Below, piece after piece: positions 7,601-18,362 of a stretch of 34,386 nucleotides of DNA. The stretch is from a virus (Duplodnaviria > Caudoviricetes). Position 1 is the first letter of the stretch. Each line of letters opens with the position of its first letter. Both the position numbers and the translations under genes were made by a program. The stretch is taken from positions 1 to 34,386 of IMG/VR virus record IMGVR_UViG_3300020043_005523; one strand, given 5' to 3'. A model generated the notes under the pieces. That model saw nothing but the letters and a program-made list of their open reading frames with translations. It did no database searches and was not told where the DNA came from.

Positions 7601-8533
7601 CTAATCGTTGTACTTTTCGATATTTGATTGCGCTCTTCTGACTTTTACAACAAAAGATTTTCTACGCGCTGATCTTCCGGCCGTGAAATCATTGCTTGTT
7701 CTGTAAACTTTAAGTCTGGAATATTTTTCAAAATTGAAGAGATTGTAATCTGTTACAAAAACTGCGTTTGCAAATAAGTCATCAAGCAGAACCGGGATAA
7801 CTTGTTCCGCTGAAGCAAGAACAATTTTCAAATCGTACTCCATTTCCATTTTTTCAAACACCTGCAATGAGTCCTGAGTATTTCCGCTTAACATTAATCT
7901 AGTCGATTCAAGCGGTGCGCCTGACCATTCCAAAGATCCAGACAAACGGATTTGATTCCTGATAAATTTAACAATACCACCACCCGATAATTCAAGATCA
8001 GAATAGTTGTTTCCGTGTCTGAGAATTCCGTTCTTATTTGTTTCAATGGTGATCGTGCCGTTTGCAGACTGATCAGAGTATTTTATCAGTTGGCGTGGTG
8101 CTGAATTTAAGGTAGCAACAACAGCGCTTGAACCGTCGAAATTCTTAATTGTACAATAGAATTTCTTATATCCTATCTCATTAAATATTTTGAACGCTGT
8201 AAACTCATAACTAACCCATGTTGAGCCGGTGTAAAGCGTCCCGTAATCATCATTAGTAATCTCAATAGGCTCGTCATCTTCAACAGTGATATAAACTTTA
8301 TGAGTTCCACCCGGAATAGACATTTGAAACAGACTAAAAAAGTCGTTTTTTGATGAATCAACACCTATTTCATCTGTGAAAAATTTGAGAGCAGGAATAC
8401 ACTGCATGCGACAAACACAAAAATCACCCTCTGCACTCCCATTTGATATTTCAAAGGTAGGAATAAAGGTTCTTTTTGTTGAAAAATGTTTGGCGTTTTG
8501 GGGCAGCGTAGACCCGTTAAATAATTCTATCAT
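7601..8533 (-). CDS. Putative minor tail protein
   Basis: 310 aa, ATGA-coupled, downstream of the tape measure gene. Confidence 0.65.
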   Translation of the reverse strand: MIELFNGSTLPQNAKHFSTKRTFIPTFEISNGSAEGDFCVCRMQCIPALKFFTDEIGVDSSKNDFFSLFQMSIPGGTHKVYITVEDDEPIEITNDDYGTLYTGSTWVSYEFTAFKIFNEIGYKKFYCTIKNFDGSSAVVATLNSAPRQLIKYSDQSANGTITIETNKNGILRHGNNYSDLELSGGGIVKFIRNQIRLSGSLEWSGAPLESTRLMLSGNTQDSLQVFEKMEMEYDLKIVLASAEQVIPVLLDDLFANAVFVTDYNLFNFEKYSRLKVYRTSNDFTAGRSARRKSFVVKVRRAQSNIEKYND

Positions 8534-10911
8534 GTCGTATCTTCTAAATGTGAGTAAACGTTATAAGATTTCGTCGGATCAACCAAATCTTTATCAATCA
8601 AAGATTCAATAATTATTAGATTGTTTGCAACGTCCTGAGTCATTTTAACAGCTATTTGTCCAACTAAAGGCTTAAGCATATTCTGAGAATAATACCAATC
8701 TACGTTTGAATGTAATCTGAAGTTATCGCCGGTTGAGTTATATTCTTCAATAGTATGTTCGGCCATTACTCTTGCCATGTTTAAACTACCAGCCGTTGCC
8801 ATGCTGAAAGTGGTTTTTATACGCATGTCTTGGCCTATTCTGATCTGGTCTACAGTAATTCCGTCTTCGTCTATTAACTCAGTAGTTGCGGACCAATCAA
8901 AAGTAGGCGGGTCAACATCAAAATCTCTAACAATACAAGCTGTTGAAAGTATTCCGTATTGTGTATTTATACCCTGAGTGTTGACAGTAACTAACAGTCT
9001 GACACGGATCTCCCAATCGCTTCCAGAAACATTATAATTTGAAGTCCTGTAATTGAAATTATTCTGAGATTCTAAAGCGTCATAAAACTCAGCTGGTACA
9101 TTTGGGTTGTATTGCCATTCTCTCCAATTGAACACAAAAGGCCATCTTACTATAAATTCCTGAGTTGTTTGATAAACACCAGGAAAATCAGTAACAATTG
9201 TAGATTTATTTGCTTGCGCCGTAGGATTTATTTTGAAATCTCTGTAATTAGTTTGATTTATTATCTGGTAATGACCACCACCAACAGATGCATCAAATTC
9301 AGACCAAGGCATATCATAATTATCTAGAACAAATGATTCGGTAGTGACTTTATTTCGTGCAATTACCTGTCCTTTCATACCAGTTACTTTTATATAGTCG
9401 CTTAGTTTTGGGCTTGATCCATTTTTAGTTAATAAGAAGTTGCATTTCGCGTGATGCAGTCGATTATTCCAGCTATTAGCGGAAGTTGTATAAGAGGCAC
9501 CGTTTGGTGTTTTTTCACTAGAGTAAATTTCCATAGTATTACCCGTGATCAATCCTGTAATATCAGTATTTTTTGTAAACTGATTTACATCCATCCAAAC
9601 AACCTTTGCGTCTGAAGTTGTCGCAGCACCAGAATCTTCACCAACAAGCATTCCAATCAGATAGTAATCACCATTTGAAATTAACGCCTGTTGTGTTGTG
9701 TTGTAAATAGTTTGGAAAGTAAAGTCTAAAAGTGTCGCATCACCACCATCAATATCAACATCAAGGTTTTGAATAATACCCGAATCCACTGTTGCTGCTC
9801 CCTCAGTTGTTGCTAAAGAATCAAACAGAAAATTTTGTTCAAGTGTATTTGATGCATTTGTATATTCTGTGCCTTCTGCAATTTTCATTACGATTAAAAC
9901 AACCCGGTCACCAGCAACCCAATTTCCTGAACTCTTTTTTATTGAACCAGTAATAGTAGTTGTTTCAGTTGCTTCAATCTGGCTATCAGCACCAGAATTG
10001 TATGAAATAGAATCTATGTAATAATCGCCGTCACCAGAAGTATAATTTTTTCCAATCCAACCGAAAGATCCATTTAATAAATTGTCTTTATACAGCCTGA
10101 ATTCATTTGGATCTGTTGGATTTGTGCCGAATAAATATTCGCACACGTAGCGGTAATTAGGAGACGTGAAAGTTGAAGGTTCAGTTTCGTTAATCAAATT
10201 TGTCAAAAACCCGTCATTATACCCAAAGGCTCTAAATACGTGGGTTATCTCAAATGTGAACTCCCAATCATTTGCAACTGAAATATATTCGCAATCAATA
10301 GACTCAGTAACCTCTGTATATTCTGGCATTGAACTTACCAAAGCAACAGGCGTGGAAATAACCAAAGCACCCGTTGAATATTTCTGAGTAACTGCGGTAT
10401 CAAGCCATGAACGGTACGGATTTGATGGTGTTAATCCAACGCCTCCAATTGCATTTGGTATAATTCCGAACTTAAAAATTAATGAAGTTGGAACGGTTGT
10501 GTTTCTGAAAATTAAATCTGAATATTCTGTACCGTCAACAAGGTTCATCGGCGCACCAGTGAATCCTGGATCATTACAGGTTAATGTTGTGCCTACGATT
10601 GAAGCAATGGTAACATCTTCCTCAGTAACACCACGCACAACCTTCATTGTGTCCCCAACTTTAAACCCTTCAGAAGCCCAATTCAAAAAAGGGTGAATAA
10701 AATATGCTGTTACCGTATCGGTCCCGAAAAGAACTTCAGCCGAAAGTGAAGCCGAAAGGCTTGTTTTTACAGTGATATTTGAAACCATTTTCTGACGGCA
10801 CAAATTAAGCGCCTTGAAAAAGGTAGAATATACGCCGGTATTGACCGAAAATGTTGGTCCGTTTAGTAGTTCGTTGAACCACTTTGTATCATTTACTGAT
10901 ATTTGATTCAT
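8530..10911 (-). CDS. Large minor tail/baseplate protein
   Basis: 793-aa beta-rich acidic protein in the tail module. Confidence 0.7.
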   Translation of the reverse strand: MNQISVNDTKWFNELLNGPTFSVNTGVYSTFFKALNLCRQKMVSNITVKTSLSASLSAEVLFGTDTVTAYFIHPFLNWASEGFKVGDTMKVVRGVTEEDVTIASIVGTTLTCNDPGFTGAPMNLVDGTEYSDLIFRNTTVPTSLIFKFGIIPNAIGGVGLTPSNPYRSWLDTAVTQKYSTGALVISTPVALVSSMPEYTEVTESIDCEYISVANDWEFTFEITHVFRAFGYNDGFLTNLINETEPSTFTSPNYRYVCEYLFGTNPTDPNEFRLYKDNLLNGSFGWIGKNYTSGDGDYYIDSISYNSGADSQIEATETTTITGSIKKSSGNWVAGDRVVLIVMKIAEGTEYTNASNTLEQNFLFDSLATTEGAATVDSGIIQNLDVDIDGGDATLLDFTFQTIYNTTQQALISNGDYYLIGMLVGEDSGAATTSDAKVVWMDVNQFTKNTDITGLITGNTMEIYSSEKTPNGASYTTSANSWNNRLHHAKCNFLLTKNGSSPKLSDYIKVTGMKGQVIARNKVTTESFVLDNYDMPWSEFDASVGGGHYQIINQTNYRDFKINPTAQANKSTIVTDFPGVYQTTQEFIVRWPFVFNWREWQYNPNVPAEFYDALESQNNFNYRTSNYNVSGSDWEIRVRLLVTVNTQGINTQYGILSTACIVRDFDVDPPTFDWSATTELIDEDGITVDQIRIGQDMRIKTTFSMATAGSLNMARVMAEHTIEEYNSTGDNFRLHSNVDWYYSQNMLKPLVGQIAVKMTQDVANNLIIIESLIDKDLVDPTKSYNVYSHLEDTT

Positions 10912-11065
10912 GTTGTGTTGCTTTTTTTCTGTTATGATCCAAATACTTCATTGCTTCTGATTGCCTTCCTTCGGCTATCAATTTACCGGAAGTTCGCATG
11001 ATTTCTGAGAGGTATTTTTTATCCTCTTCAGACAGCTTTTGCAAATGTTGTTTTAAAATTCCCAT
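10889..11065 (-). CDS. Small hypothetical protein
   Basis: ATG at 11065 (MGILKQHL...) 5 nt after the upstream stop; fills the gap in the operon. Confidence 0.6.
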   Translation of the reverse strand: MGILKQHLQKLSEEDKKYLSEIMRTSGKLIAEGRQSEAMKYLDHNRKKATQHESNISK

Positions 11066-11070
11066 AGTTA

Positions 11071-11988
11071 TCAACTTACACACCCCCAAAATGATGTTGT
11101 TACCGTTGCTGGTGCTGCCGCGGTTGCTGGTAATGCCGTTGTTAAACCACTTGTTGAAGTTCCACCCATTGAAGGCGCTGCTGCGTTTAACGCACCGTTT
11201 GTTTTTGCCGTGTTTCCTTTAATTGTTGGAACAGTTGTAGCCGTTACCATGATGCCTAAATAGTAAAGTCCTGAATATGTAGTCGTAAATGTTGCCGTAA
11301 GTGCCAAAGTTTTCAAACTATTAGCAGCCCAAGCCGTTGTTGTATCGTTTACGCTGGATCGCAAAAGGTTTCTACTTGAATCGAATAAACCAAATAATTG
11401 ATTCGTTGGTGTACCAGCCGCAGTAGTTGCGCTCCAAAAAGATATTGAACTCACAACCGTTCCAGACGGCAACCAAATAGCCTGTAATGATAAACGCCCT
11501 GTTGAAAGTAAAGAAGTATTTACTTCGTAGCAAAGGTTTCTATCAAACGTTTCATATTGCGCCCCTGAGATAACGTATCTATTATTTAGGATAGGTGTTG
11601 TGCTTGCTCCTATAACAATCTGGTCACCATTTGCATTTAATTTTTGCCATCCTGAACCAACGTTATATTGTACCGATTCGCTCGCTTCCAAATTGCCCTG
11701 CCAAAGAACTGCAAACTGAGTTCCGTCTGTCCAGAAAATTGTTAATTCTCTTGCTGTTAGTTCTCTATTTTTAAAAGTCATTTGATCGATATAATGACTT
11801 TCTCCAGATGCAGAAGGCGAAGGAACAATTGTTGCCGCTGGTGTATCTGTAATATCAGTGTATTTGGTGAACGGAACTAACGTTGTTGCGGTTCTTATTC
11901 TGTAAGACGCAAAAGCCGTAACATTGGATGATGCAACATCCGTGTTTGCTATAATTGACTCTGATGGACTGTTATATTTTAATATCAT
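11071..11988 (-). CDS. Putative tail accessory/fiber protein
   Basis: 305 aa, Thr/Ala/Ser-rich; C-terminal beta-sandwich-like domain (SGLYYLGIMV). Confidence 0.65.
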   Translation of the reverse strand: MILKYNSPSESIIANTDVASSNVTAFASYRIRTATTLVPFTKYTDITDTPAATIVPSPSASGESHYIDQMTFKNRELTARELTIFWTDGTQFAVLWQGNLEASESVQYNVGSGWQKLNANGDQIVIGASTTPILNNRYVISGAQYETFDRNLCYEVNTSLLSTGRLSLQAIWLPSGTVVSSISFWSATTAAGTPTNQLFGLFDSSRNLLRSSVNDTTTAWAANSLKTLALTATFTTTYSGLYYLGIMVTATTVPTIKGNTAKTNGALNAAAPSMGGTSTSGLTTALPATAAAPATVTTSFWGCVS

Positions 11989-12170
11989 TTCAGTCCCTCC
12001 ACTTGTTGTTGTGTTAAACCTGAACCACCACCTGAAAGTAATGCCACCATATCATCCCAAAGAATGTATCTGACCATATCACCGTTCTCAGAATCGCCAA
12101 TGAAAAAAAAATCATTATTGACCGGGGTATCTTTTTCCTTCAATCCCCTCACTATTCTTGTATCGTTCAT
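11985..12170 (-). CDS. Small structural protein
   Basis: 61 aa, ATGA overlaps at both ends; GGGSGLTQQQVEGL tail. Confidence 0.65.
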   Translation of the reverse strand: MNDTRIVRGLKEKDTPVNNDFFFIGDSENGDMVRYILWDDMVALLSGGGSGLTQQQVEGLK

Positions 12171-13996
12171 ATAATTGCCTCTGTTATGTTAGTATCAAAA
12201 GGTTCTTGTATCTCCAAATTTGTCGTTGCTTCGTGTTTTGGTTCGTTCCACGCTATGTTGTTAAATTTAGCGTTATTTCCTTGAATCAAAAAGAACGGGT
12301 TCAATTGAGTTGTTTGAAAGTTTTCGTAAGACCAAGGTAATCTCAAATCTTTCACTAATCTGTATTGACCTAAAAAGCTATTCTGTATTGCCGGGCTGTC
12401 TGATAAATAATTTGAGTTGTAAAGCGCAGGTGCACCACAGTAGTTTTTGAAGTTTTCAGGAATACGAAGTCCGTGACCTGTCTCTGTTAAATAGCAAAAC
12501 TTTGGAATAGCGTAAGTATTATCATCGATTTTCAGGCATCCGGTACGATTTTCAAGGATAGCACTTATTCCTACACTACTTAATAACGTGTTCAACATTC
12601 CAGAATCAACACCGCTTGAATTTAAGTCATCAATGTATTCTGTAATACGATCTTTTATTTGTTGTAGAAGCGGATCAAAATCGTCTGATAGTATGCCGCT
12701 GAATAATTCAAATAAGTTATCAAAAGGTTTTTTTCTTACACAAAGCGCCCAAGGAATCACGCGTTCGTCTAATCCTTTCAAGGTGTTCATCTGTGGATCA
12801 AGTTCATTTATCAAATCTCTGTGAACTTCTACGCTATCACCACTTTTTTCTGTCAAAGTGTGGCAATCTGTAGAGTCGTAGGTATAGTTTAGTACAAAAG
12901 TCGCTTTTACACGTTCTGTGTCATCCTTGTAAAGACCGTTTGAATAAGCGTCTGTTGATTTAATCAAAACGTTTGGCGCGGTGTAAGAAGGTGAAGCTGT
13001 CCAAAATGAATCACTTCTTCTTTTCAAGTGAACAACGCTTCCAATAACATCTCTACGAAGATTCAATTTCATGGTCATTGCCTCAATCAATTCCATTATT
13101 GTGTAGCCGTAGTCTTGCGGTTTACATATCCCGGTGTTTGGAGCTGTCGCAGGAAATCCCATTGCAGGAAATCCATCAAAATCATTTTGCGAAGGCATCA
13201 AATATGAATTAGCAAAATACCCTTCCAACTCACCAAATTCAACCGTGTAACCTTTGTACGCAAATGCCTTTCTGATCATGTTACCAATATTGAAGCCCTT
13301 GTAATAAACAACCTTTGGGAAGAATAGATTTTTCAGCTTCACCCCTTGATCTATGAGCCTGTTTATAACCATCACGGCGTTAGAAATAACCAAAGCAAGT
13401 TCAATCACACCAACAACTATTCCCAAGCCTAGAATATTTGCGAGTGCACCTAATAAATTTGATACAATCTGAGTCAAAGAAGTAACCACCTGAACGCCGA
13501 ACGCTGCAATATCAACACCACGCTCACGAATGTTTTTTTTACTCTCAATTATTACTGGTATATCTACAAAGTCAGCGTTTGAAATGGCATTTTTATAAAG
13601 TAACAACCCCTGTGATATAACCGCCATCTGATCAATGACTGAAGGGCTGTTTTTTGTACGCACAATCGGAGCCAGATAGATCATTGGATTAACCTGACTG
13701 TTTATGAACGCCTCATCAGCTGATAAATCAATGTACCCGTCAAAAATTATGTACTGTTGTGTTGGGTTCCTTTCAGAAATGTAAATCTGACGGTAAGGCA
13801 CACCATTATGAACACCAAAATCTGTTCTCCATTGAAACAAAAATTGTGCTGCAGCGCCTGAGAAAGTATAAATATTTGTGTTCACGCTTGCTTCTGAATC
13901 GCTATCATTTACAGTTGCATCCACAGTTGATTCTAACCACTCGTTTGGAGGGTTCAAAGCAACATAAGATGGTCCGTATTGATGTATTTGAGCCAT
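12167..13996 (-). CDS. Tail protein downstream of the tape measure gene
   Basis: 609 aa immediately after TMP; central hydrophobic/amphipathic stretch (VVTSLTQIVSNLLGALANILGLGIVVGVIELALVI). Confidence 0.7.
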   Translation of the reverse strand: MAQIHQYGPSYVALNPPNEWLESTVDATVNDSDSEASVNTNIYTFSGAAAQFLFQWRTDFGVHNGVPYRQIYISERNPTQQYIIFDGYIDLSADEAFINSQVNPMIYLAPIVRTKNSPSVIDQMAVISQGLLLYKNAISNADFVDIPVIIESKKNIRERGVDIAAFGVQVVTSLTQIVSNLLGALANILGLGIVVGVIELALVISNAVMVINRLIDQGVKLKNLFFPKVVYYKGFNIGNMIRKAFAYKGYTVEFGELEGYFANSYLMPSQNDFDGFPAMGFPATAPNTGICKPQDYGYTIMELIEAMTMKLNLRRDVIGSVVHLKRRSDSFWTASPSYTAPNVLIKSTDAYSNGLYKDDTERVKATFVLNYTYDSTDCHTLTEKSGDSVEVHRDLINELDPQMNTLKGLDERVIPWALCVRKKPFDNLFELFSGILSDDFDPLLQQIKDRITEYIDDLNSSGVDSGMLNTLLSSVGISAILENRTGCLKIDDNTYAIPKFCYLTETGHGLRIPENFKNYCGAPALYNSNYLSDSPAIQNSFLGQYRLVKDLRLPWSYENFQTTQLNPFFLIQGNNAKFNNIAWNEPKHEATTNLEIQEPFDTNITEAII

Positions 13997-13999
13997 ATT

Positions 14000-16900
14000 T
14001 TACCAGCGTTTACGTATTGGTGCAATGTATTTTGTTGCCTTGTTTCCGTGCTTTTCAAGGTAAACAAAGGCCCCTAGAACAGAATCAAACATGCTATCAG
14101 ATTTTGGCATTTTTGCAGGTAAAGTATTTATTGCACTCACAACATCTGAATTGTCATAGAAAACCGCCTTACCCGCAGATGAAGAAACGTTGTTTTCGTA
14201 GCTTGACTGAATCCGTTGCCCTGCCTTACTGAACAAATAACTTTGTACTAATTCCTTGTTTGTCACATGCGAAGGGATAAGCGAAGACAATGAAGGGTTC
14301 AAAATCCTTTCTTTACCATCAGCCTTGATCATGTATTTATCATTTCCAGAACCAGGTATGTTTTGTTTCATCGCTTTATCCAAAGTCGTTTCTGTTCCAT
14401 CAATAAAGCCGGGTAAGTTCTTTGAGAAATTAATCAGGTCTGTTACTTGACTTTTGATGTTTGCAACCGGATTGCCTTGTCCATTCTCTACTGAAGCGGC
14501 AAAAGCACGCAACATGATCAGTAAAGATTCGATTTCCATTTTCTTGCGCTCCATTGCTGCTTTTTCTGCCAATAATGCTTTCTGTCTATCACGTTCAAGG
14601 GTAATAGCTTCGTCTGCGTTCAAGTCTCTTTTTTGTGCTTCTTCGCGTAGTTGATCTTCACGGGATTTTGAAGCGTCAACAGCTTCATCAATCCTGCTAA
14701 TTTGTTTATCAAGCGAAGCCAATGCACGCTCTCCGTATTCTTCTAAAAGTTTAGAAGCTTCTACAATGCTATCGCGTAAAGATTGAATTGCTTCTTCCCT
14801 GCGTTTTTGCGCTTCCTCTGCTAGGCGTTTTTCTGCTTCTGCAATTTTATTTAATCCTTCCAAATATGCGTCTATTTCCTCCATCTCTGGATTAGCCCCA
14901 ACATCGTTAACATCAATATCTGTGTTCCTGTTGAGGAATGCTTTTAACTCTTCAAGTGATAGCGTCTGTTCAAGTTTGTTCAGTTCCGCATCCAGTTCTT
15001 TGAACTCAGATATTGTCTTTTTAATTCCTTTTGAACCATTTCCGCCTCCGGTTACATCAACAGTTTCAGTTCCTGGAATACCTATTTTACCAGCCCCTCC
15101 TGAATTATTCAACTGAAACATTTTAGCCTGAATTTCTGATATCTGTGTATTTATATCATCAAGAAATCCCGCTTTTACATCAGTACCGAATAGTGTATTA
15201 CTGCTTGACATTTTTTCGATCTCACGCTTAGCCTTGAATAGGTTCATCAATTCTTCTTCCAAAACCTGCTGCATGATGCGTTTTTCCATCTCAGCGTTCA
15301 CCTTCTGGTATGACTCCCAAAGTTGATCCATGAACATTTTTTCATCTTGGATATTTTGCAGCGTAGTACCGTATCTTGAATTGATTTCGTCTAAAACTAA
15401 TTGACGTTCTTTTGAACCAGCCGTTGTTGTCTCAATTGCAAATCTAAGTTTATCCATTTCTGCACGCTCTTCGATCATTTTTGTAGTGTACTTTTCAGTA
15501 GCATTGTCGAGCGCGGTTGTATTAGTATACATTTCGTAAGTAGCCTTTGCCATATCCAAAAGCATAGGAAGCAATGCAACTGCCAGACCAACCCATGAAG
15601 CGAATGAAATTTTTATAGACTTGATGCCTTTATCTGCAGAAGCAAGCCCCTTAATCATATTTCCTAAAACCTGAACAAAACCAGTTCCTTCTTTGTTTAC
15701 GGCTGCTAACGCTATTCTATATGAAGCCCAAACAGTAATAGCACGAACAACCCAATTAATTATTAACTCCAAATTATCTGCTACAAATCTTAAAACAGAT
15801 TTCAAACCACCAAGCACGTCTGTACCTTCGGACCATTTAACGACTAAATTTTCCCAAGCCGCTCTGAGTTCTAATAAAATATTGGATAAAGTATCACTAT
15901 TTACTGCAGCCTGTTCAGTTGCTACGCTTGTTCCTGTAACGGCGTCAGTCATTTTGCTGTACGTGTCAACTGAATTCAATAATACAGTTGCAGCCGTGGT
16001 GTTTTCTTTTCCAAAAACCTGCATGATAGCAGTAGAATCACCAGCAATTTTTGACAACTCGCGCAAACGTTCCTCAAATGATAGTGTTTTGTCTTTAACG
16101 ATATCTGTGTTTACACCGTATTTCGCTAACGCATCCAATGCTTTTTGAGGAAGCGCATCAATTGACGACATGTTCAATAGAATGTTTCTCAATGCGGTTC
16201 CTGCATCTGCTCCAAAAATTGCTTTTTCTCCAAGCGTCTCAATTAAACCAACCGATTCTTCAATAGATACATTCTGAATTTTGGCAGTGGTACCAAACTT
16301 CACCATTGATTCGTTGATCTGATTCACCGTAGCTGCTCCGGCCTGTGAACCGGCAGCAAGTATATTAATGATCCTGGCCGCTTCTTCGGCAGATTCTCCA
16401 AACTGATTCATTACACCAACAAGCGCCAATGATGTTTCTGATAAATCGCCCTTAATCGCCTTGTTTAGAATGATTGCTTGTTCTGTAACCGCTGCCAGAG
16501 CGTCCGCATCTTTGAGTAGTGCCGGCTGTGCTGATGCAATTAATTCGAATGCCTTTGCAACCTCAGTTGAAGAAACCCGCAATTCAGTCGCAACGTCATT
16601 TACCTTGTTTTCGAATTTGTCAAACTCTTCACCACTTAAACCAGTGATCGCAGCCAAAGAAGCCATTGCCTCTTCGTTGGTTTTAACTATGTTGAAAACG
16701 TCTTTCAGGATTGTAAAAACACCAAAGGCCAACCCAAGTTGACCAAGCATGTTTCTCACGCCACCTAAAGCACGTTCGTAATTTCCTACACTTCTTTGAT
16801 GTTGGCCTACTGTAGCGTCAACCTTTTTTAGTGTTGCGTCAAGGGCAATAATTTCCTTGCGCATTATTTTCATCTGTGCCGTTTCCTGTCCCTGAGTCAA

Positions 16901-17335
16901 TAATAAATCCTTATACTCTTTTCGTAGTTCGTTGAGGCGCTTAGACTGTTTAGCGTATTCGCTTGAAGCGTCCCTAGTTGCTTTCGCTTCCTTTTCGGCT
17001 GCTTTTGCTGCGCGTTCCTTTTCCTTGTTGAGTGCTGCGTACGCCTGAATTTGTGCTTTTTTTGCACGTGCTGATTCAGCTTCCAACTTCTGAATTTGCT
17101 GATCTGATTTGATTTTTTGCTGAACAAGTTGTTCTGATTTAATATCAAGCGCAATAAGTTCCCGTTGTGCTTTTGCTGATCCATCGAATGCCTGTGACAT
17201 CTTCATGGTTTCTGCGTGTAGCTTTTGCGCGGCCACAGTATTTGACACGAGAACAGTAAGCATATCCTTACCCTGTGCGATTACCTCACCGAATATATTT
17301 TCGTCAACAACCTTATTTCTTGTAATCTTAACCAT
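14000..17335 (-). CDS. Tail tape measure protein (TP901-type core)
   Basis: 1111 aa, helical Ala/Glu/Lys-rich; RSVGNY, GADAGTALRNIL and VFGKE motifs; hydrophobic central segments. Confidence 0.92.
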   Translation of the reverse strand: MVKITRNKVVDENIFGEVIAQGKDMLTVLVSNTVAAQKLHAETMKMSQAFDGSAKAQRELIALDIKSEQLVQQKIKSDQQIQKLEAESARAKKAQIQAYAALNKEKERAAKAAEKEAKATRDASSEYAKQSKRLNELRKEYKDLLLTQGQETAQMKIMRKEIIALDATLKKVDATVGQHQRSVGNYERALGGVRNMLGQLGLAFGVFTILKDVFNIVKTNEEAMASLAAITGLSGEEFDKFENKVNDVATELRVSSTEVAKAFELIASAQPALLKDADALAAVTEQAIILNKAIKGDLSETSLALVGVMNQFGESAEEAARIINILAAGSQAGAATVNQINESMVKFGTTAKIQNVSIEESVGLIETLGEKAIFGADAGTALRNILLNMSSIDALPQKALDALAKYGVNTDIVKDKTLSFEERLRELSKIAGDSTAIMQVFGKENTTAATVLLNSVDTYSKMTDAVTGTSVATEQAAVNSDTLSNILLELRAAWENLVVKWSEGTDVLGGLKSVLRFVADNLELIINWVVRAITVWASYRIALAAVNKEGTGFVQVLGNMIKGLASADKGIKSIKISFASWVGLAVALLPMLLDMAKATYEMYTNTTALDNATEKYTTKMIEERAEMDKLRFAIETTTAGSKERQLVLDEINSRYGTTLQNIQDEKMFMDQLWESYQKVNAEMEKRIMQQVLEEELMNLFKAKREIEKMSSSNTLFGTDVKAGFLDDINTQISEIQAKMFQLNNSGGAGKIGIPGTETVDVTGGGNGSKGIKKTISEFKELDAELNKLEQTLSLEELKAFLNRNTDIDVNDVGANPEMEEIDAYLEGLNKIAEAEKRLAEEAQKRREEAIQSLRDSIVEASKLLEEYGERALASLDKQISRIDEAVDASKSREDQLREEAQKRDLNADEAITLERDRQKALLAEKAAMERKKMEIESLLIMLRAFAASVENGQGNPVANIKSQVTDLINFSKNLPGFIDGTETTLDKAMKQNIPGSGNDKYMIKADGKERILNPSLSSLIPSHVTNKELVQSYLFSKAGQRIQSSYENNVSSSAGKAVFYDNSDVVSAINTLPAKMPKSDSMFDSVLGAFVYLEKHGNKATKYIAPIRKRW

Positions 17336-17338
17336 GGT

Positions 17339-17869
17339 CTATTCCTCGGACTTAGTTTGTCTTGCGCTGATTGCGTTTGCTTCTTCCTCCATTAACTTCA
17401 CTATGTCAATAAATTCACCTACTGTTTTTGTGTACTTATCAATTGTGCCGTACCACTTTTCAACCGCCAACCGGTTCTTTTGCATGTTTGGTTTAACGTG
17501 ATCAACTTTTAATGCATGAAGTTGTGCTGTTATCAACCGGATAAAGTTCATGGCTGATTTGTCACCATTAATGAATTTGTTTCTCCACTCAATACGCTTT
17601 TGAAGTAAAATGAAGAACTCATCATCCTGTGGGTTGATTCCCATCCTTGAAAAATACTGATCCGTTATTGTGTCGTATGCGTTCTGAATTGTTTCTGGAT
17701 TTACTTTTGCTCGTCTGCGATGAGGTTGGACAACGAAATATTCAAGCCGTCCATGCTGAACGATTTGCTCCCAATTATCAATCGGGATCACGTCAATATC
17801 GTTGTAAATCTTCGGGTGAGATAGTTTCTTACTGACCTTCGAAGATTTTTTTTTCCGCAGCTTTAACAT
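17339..17869 (-). CDS. Putative tail assembly chaperone
   Basis: 176 aa directly before TMP; IYNDIDVIPIDNW motif. Confidence 0.6.
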   Translation of the reverse strand: MLKLRKKKSSKVSKKLSHPKIYNDIDVIPIDNWEQIVQHGRLEYFVVQPHRRRAKVNPETIQNAYDTITDQYFSRMGINPQDDEFFILLQKRIEWRNKFINGDKSAMNFIRLITAQLHALKVDHVKPNMQKNRLAVEKWYGTIDKYTKTVGEFIDIVKLMEEEANAISARQTKSEE

Positions 17870-18317
17870 ATTTATCCAACAATTTTGTTTCTACTAAATC
17901 CTTGATGCTGCTTTCTTCCAACCCTTCTACCTCTTCACCGTAGCGCTCCAAAAGATTTGTTGTTAATCCGTTTAGCGGGTCCCGTTTGATCGGGTCTGAT
18001 GTTATCTCGTACCCTTCCTTTTCAACGTCCGCTTTTATGCTTTTATGGAAATCTCCATCACTGAATAAGTTCACAATTGATTTGCTATCCTTTGGCCTTC
18101 CTTCCAACTCTGCAAGTTCCATCGTAGTATCTGAGTATTCACCTCCAATATTTGATAGTAGTTCACCTTCAGAGTTTCGCCCCTTGATCAATTGGCGCTT
18201 ATTCAACAACTCGATATGTTCCAACACTTCTTTGTCTGATGCCTCAACGAAGATTTCAGGCTCATCCAGAGCCATCAATCTACGCGCAAGCATTCCAAGT
18301 TCTGTGTCTTCAAACAT
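17829..18317 (-). CDS. Putative neck/tail-completion protein
   Basis: LNKRQLIKGRNSEG...YS...VNLFSDGDFHKSI...RYGEEVEGL pattern; ATG at 18317 follows the terminator. Confidence 0.6.
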   Translation of the reverse strand: MFEDTELGMLARRLMALDEPEIFVEASDKEVLEHIELLNKRQLIKGRNSEGELLSNIGGEYSDTTMELAELEGRPKDSKSIVNLFSDGDFHKSIKADVEKEGYEITSDPIKRDPLNGLTTNLLERYGEEVEGLEESSIKDLVETKLLDKYVKAAEKKIFEGQ

Positions 18318-18324
18318 ACCGATC

Positions 18325-18357
18325 AAAAAAAAGAGCCGAAGCAACTGCCCCGGCTCC
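18325..18357 (-). terminator. Intrinsic terminator after the tail tube unit
   Basis: Minus strand GGAGCCGGGGCAGTTGCTTCGGCTC followed by T8. Confidence 0.85.
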
Positions 18358-18362
18358 GTTTG

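Noticed and set aside
13759-17501. Several + strand ORFs inside the tape measure and tail genes (similar shadows lie over portal, MCP and terS)
   Set aside because: Antisense shadow frames with Ser/Phe/Leu-rich composition and no initiation signals
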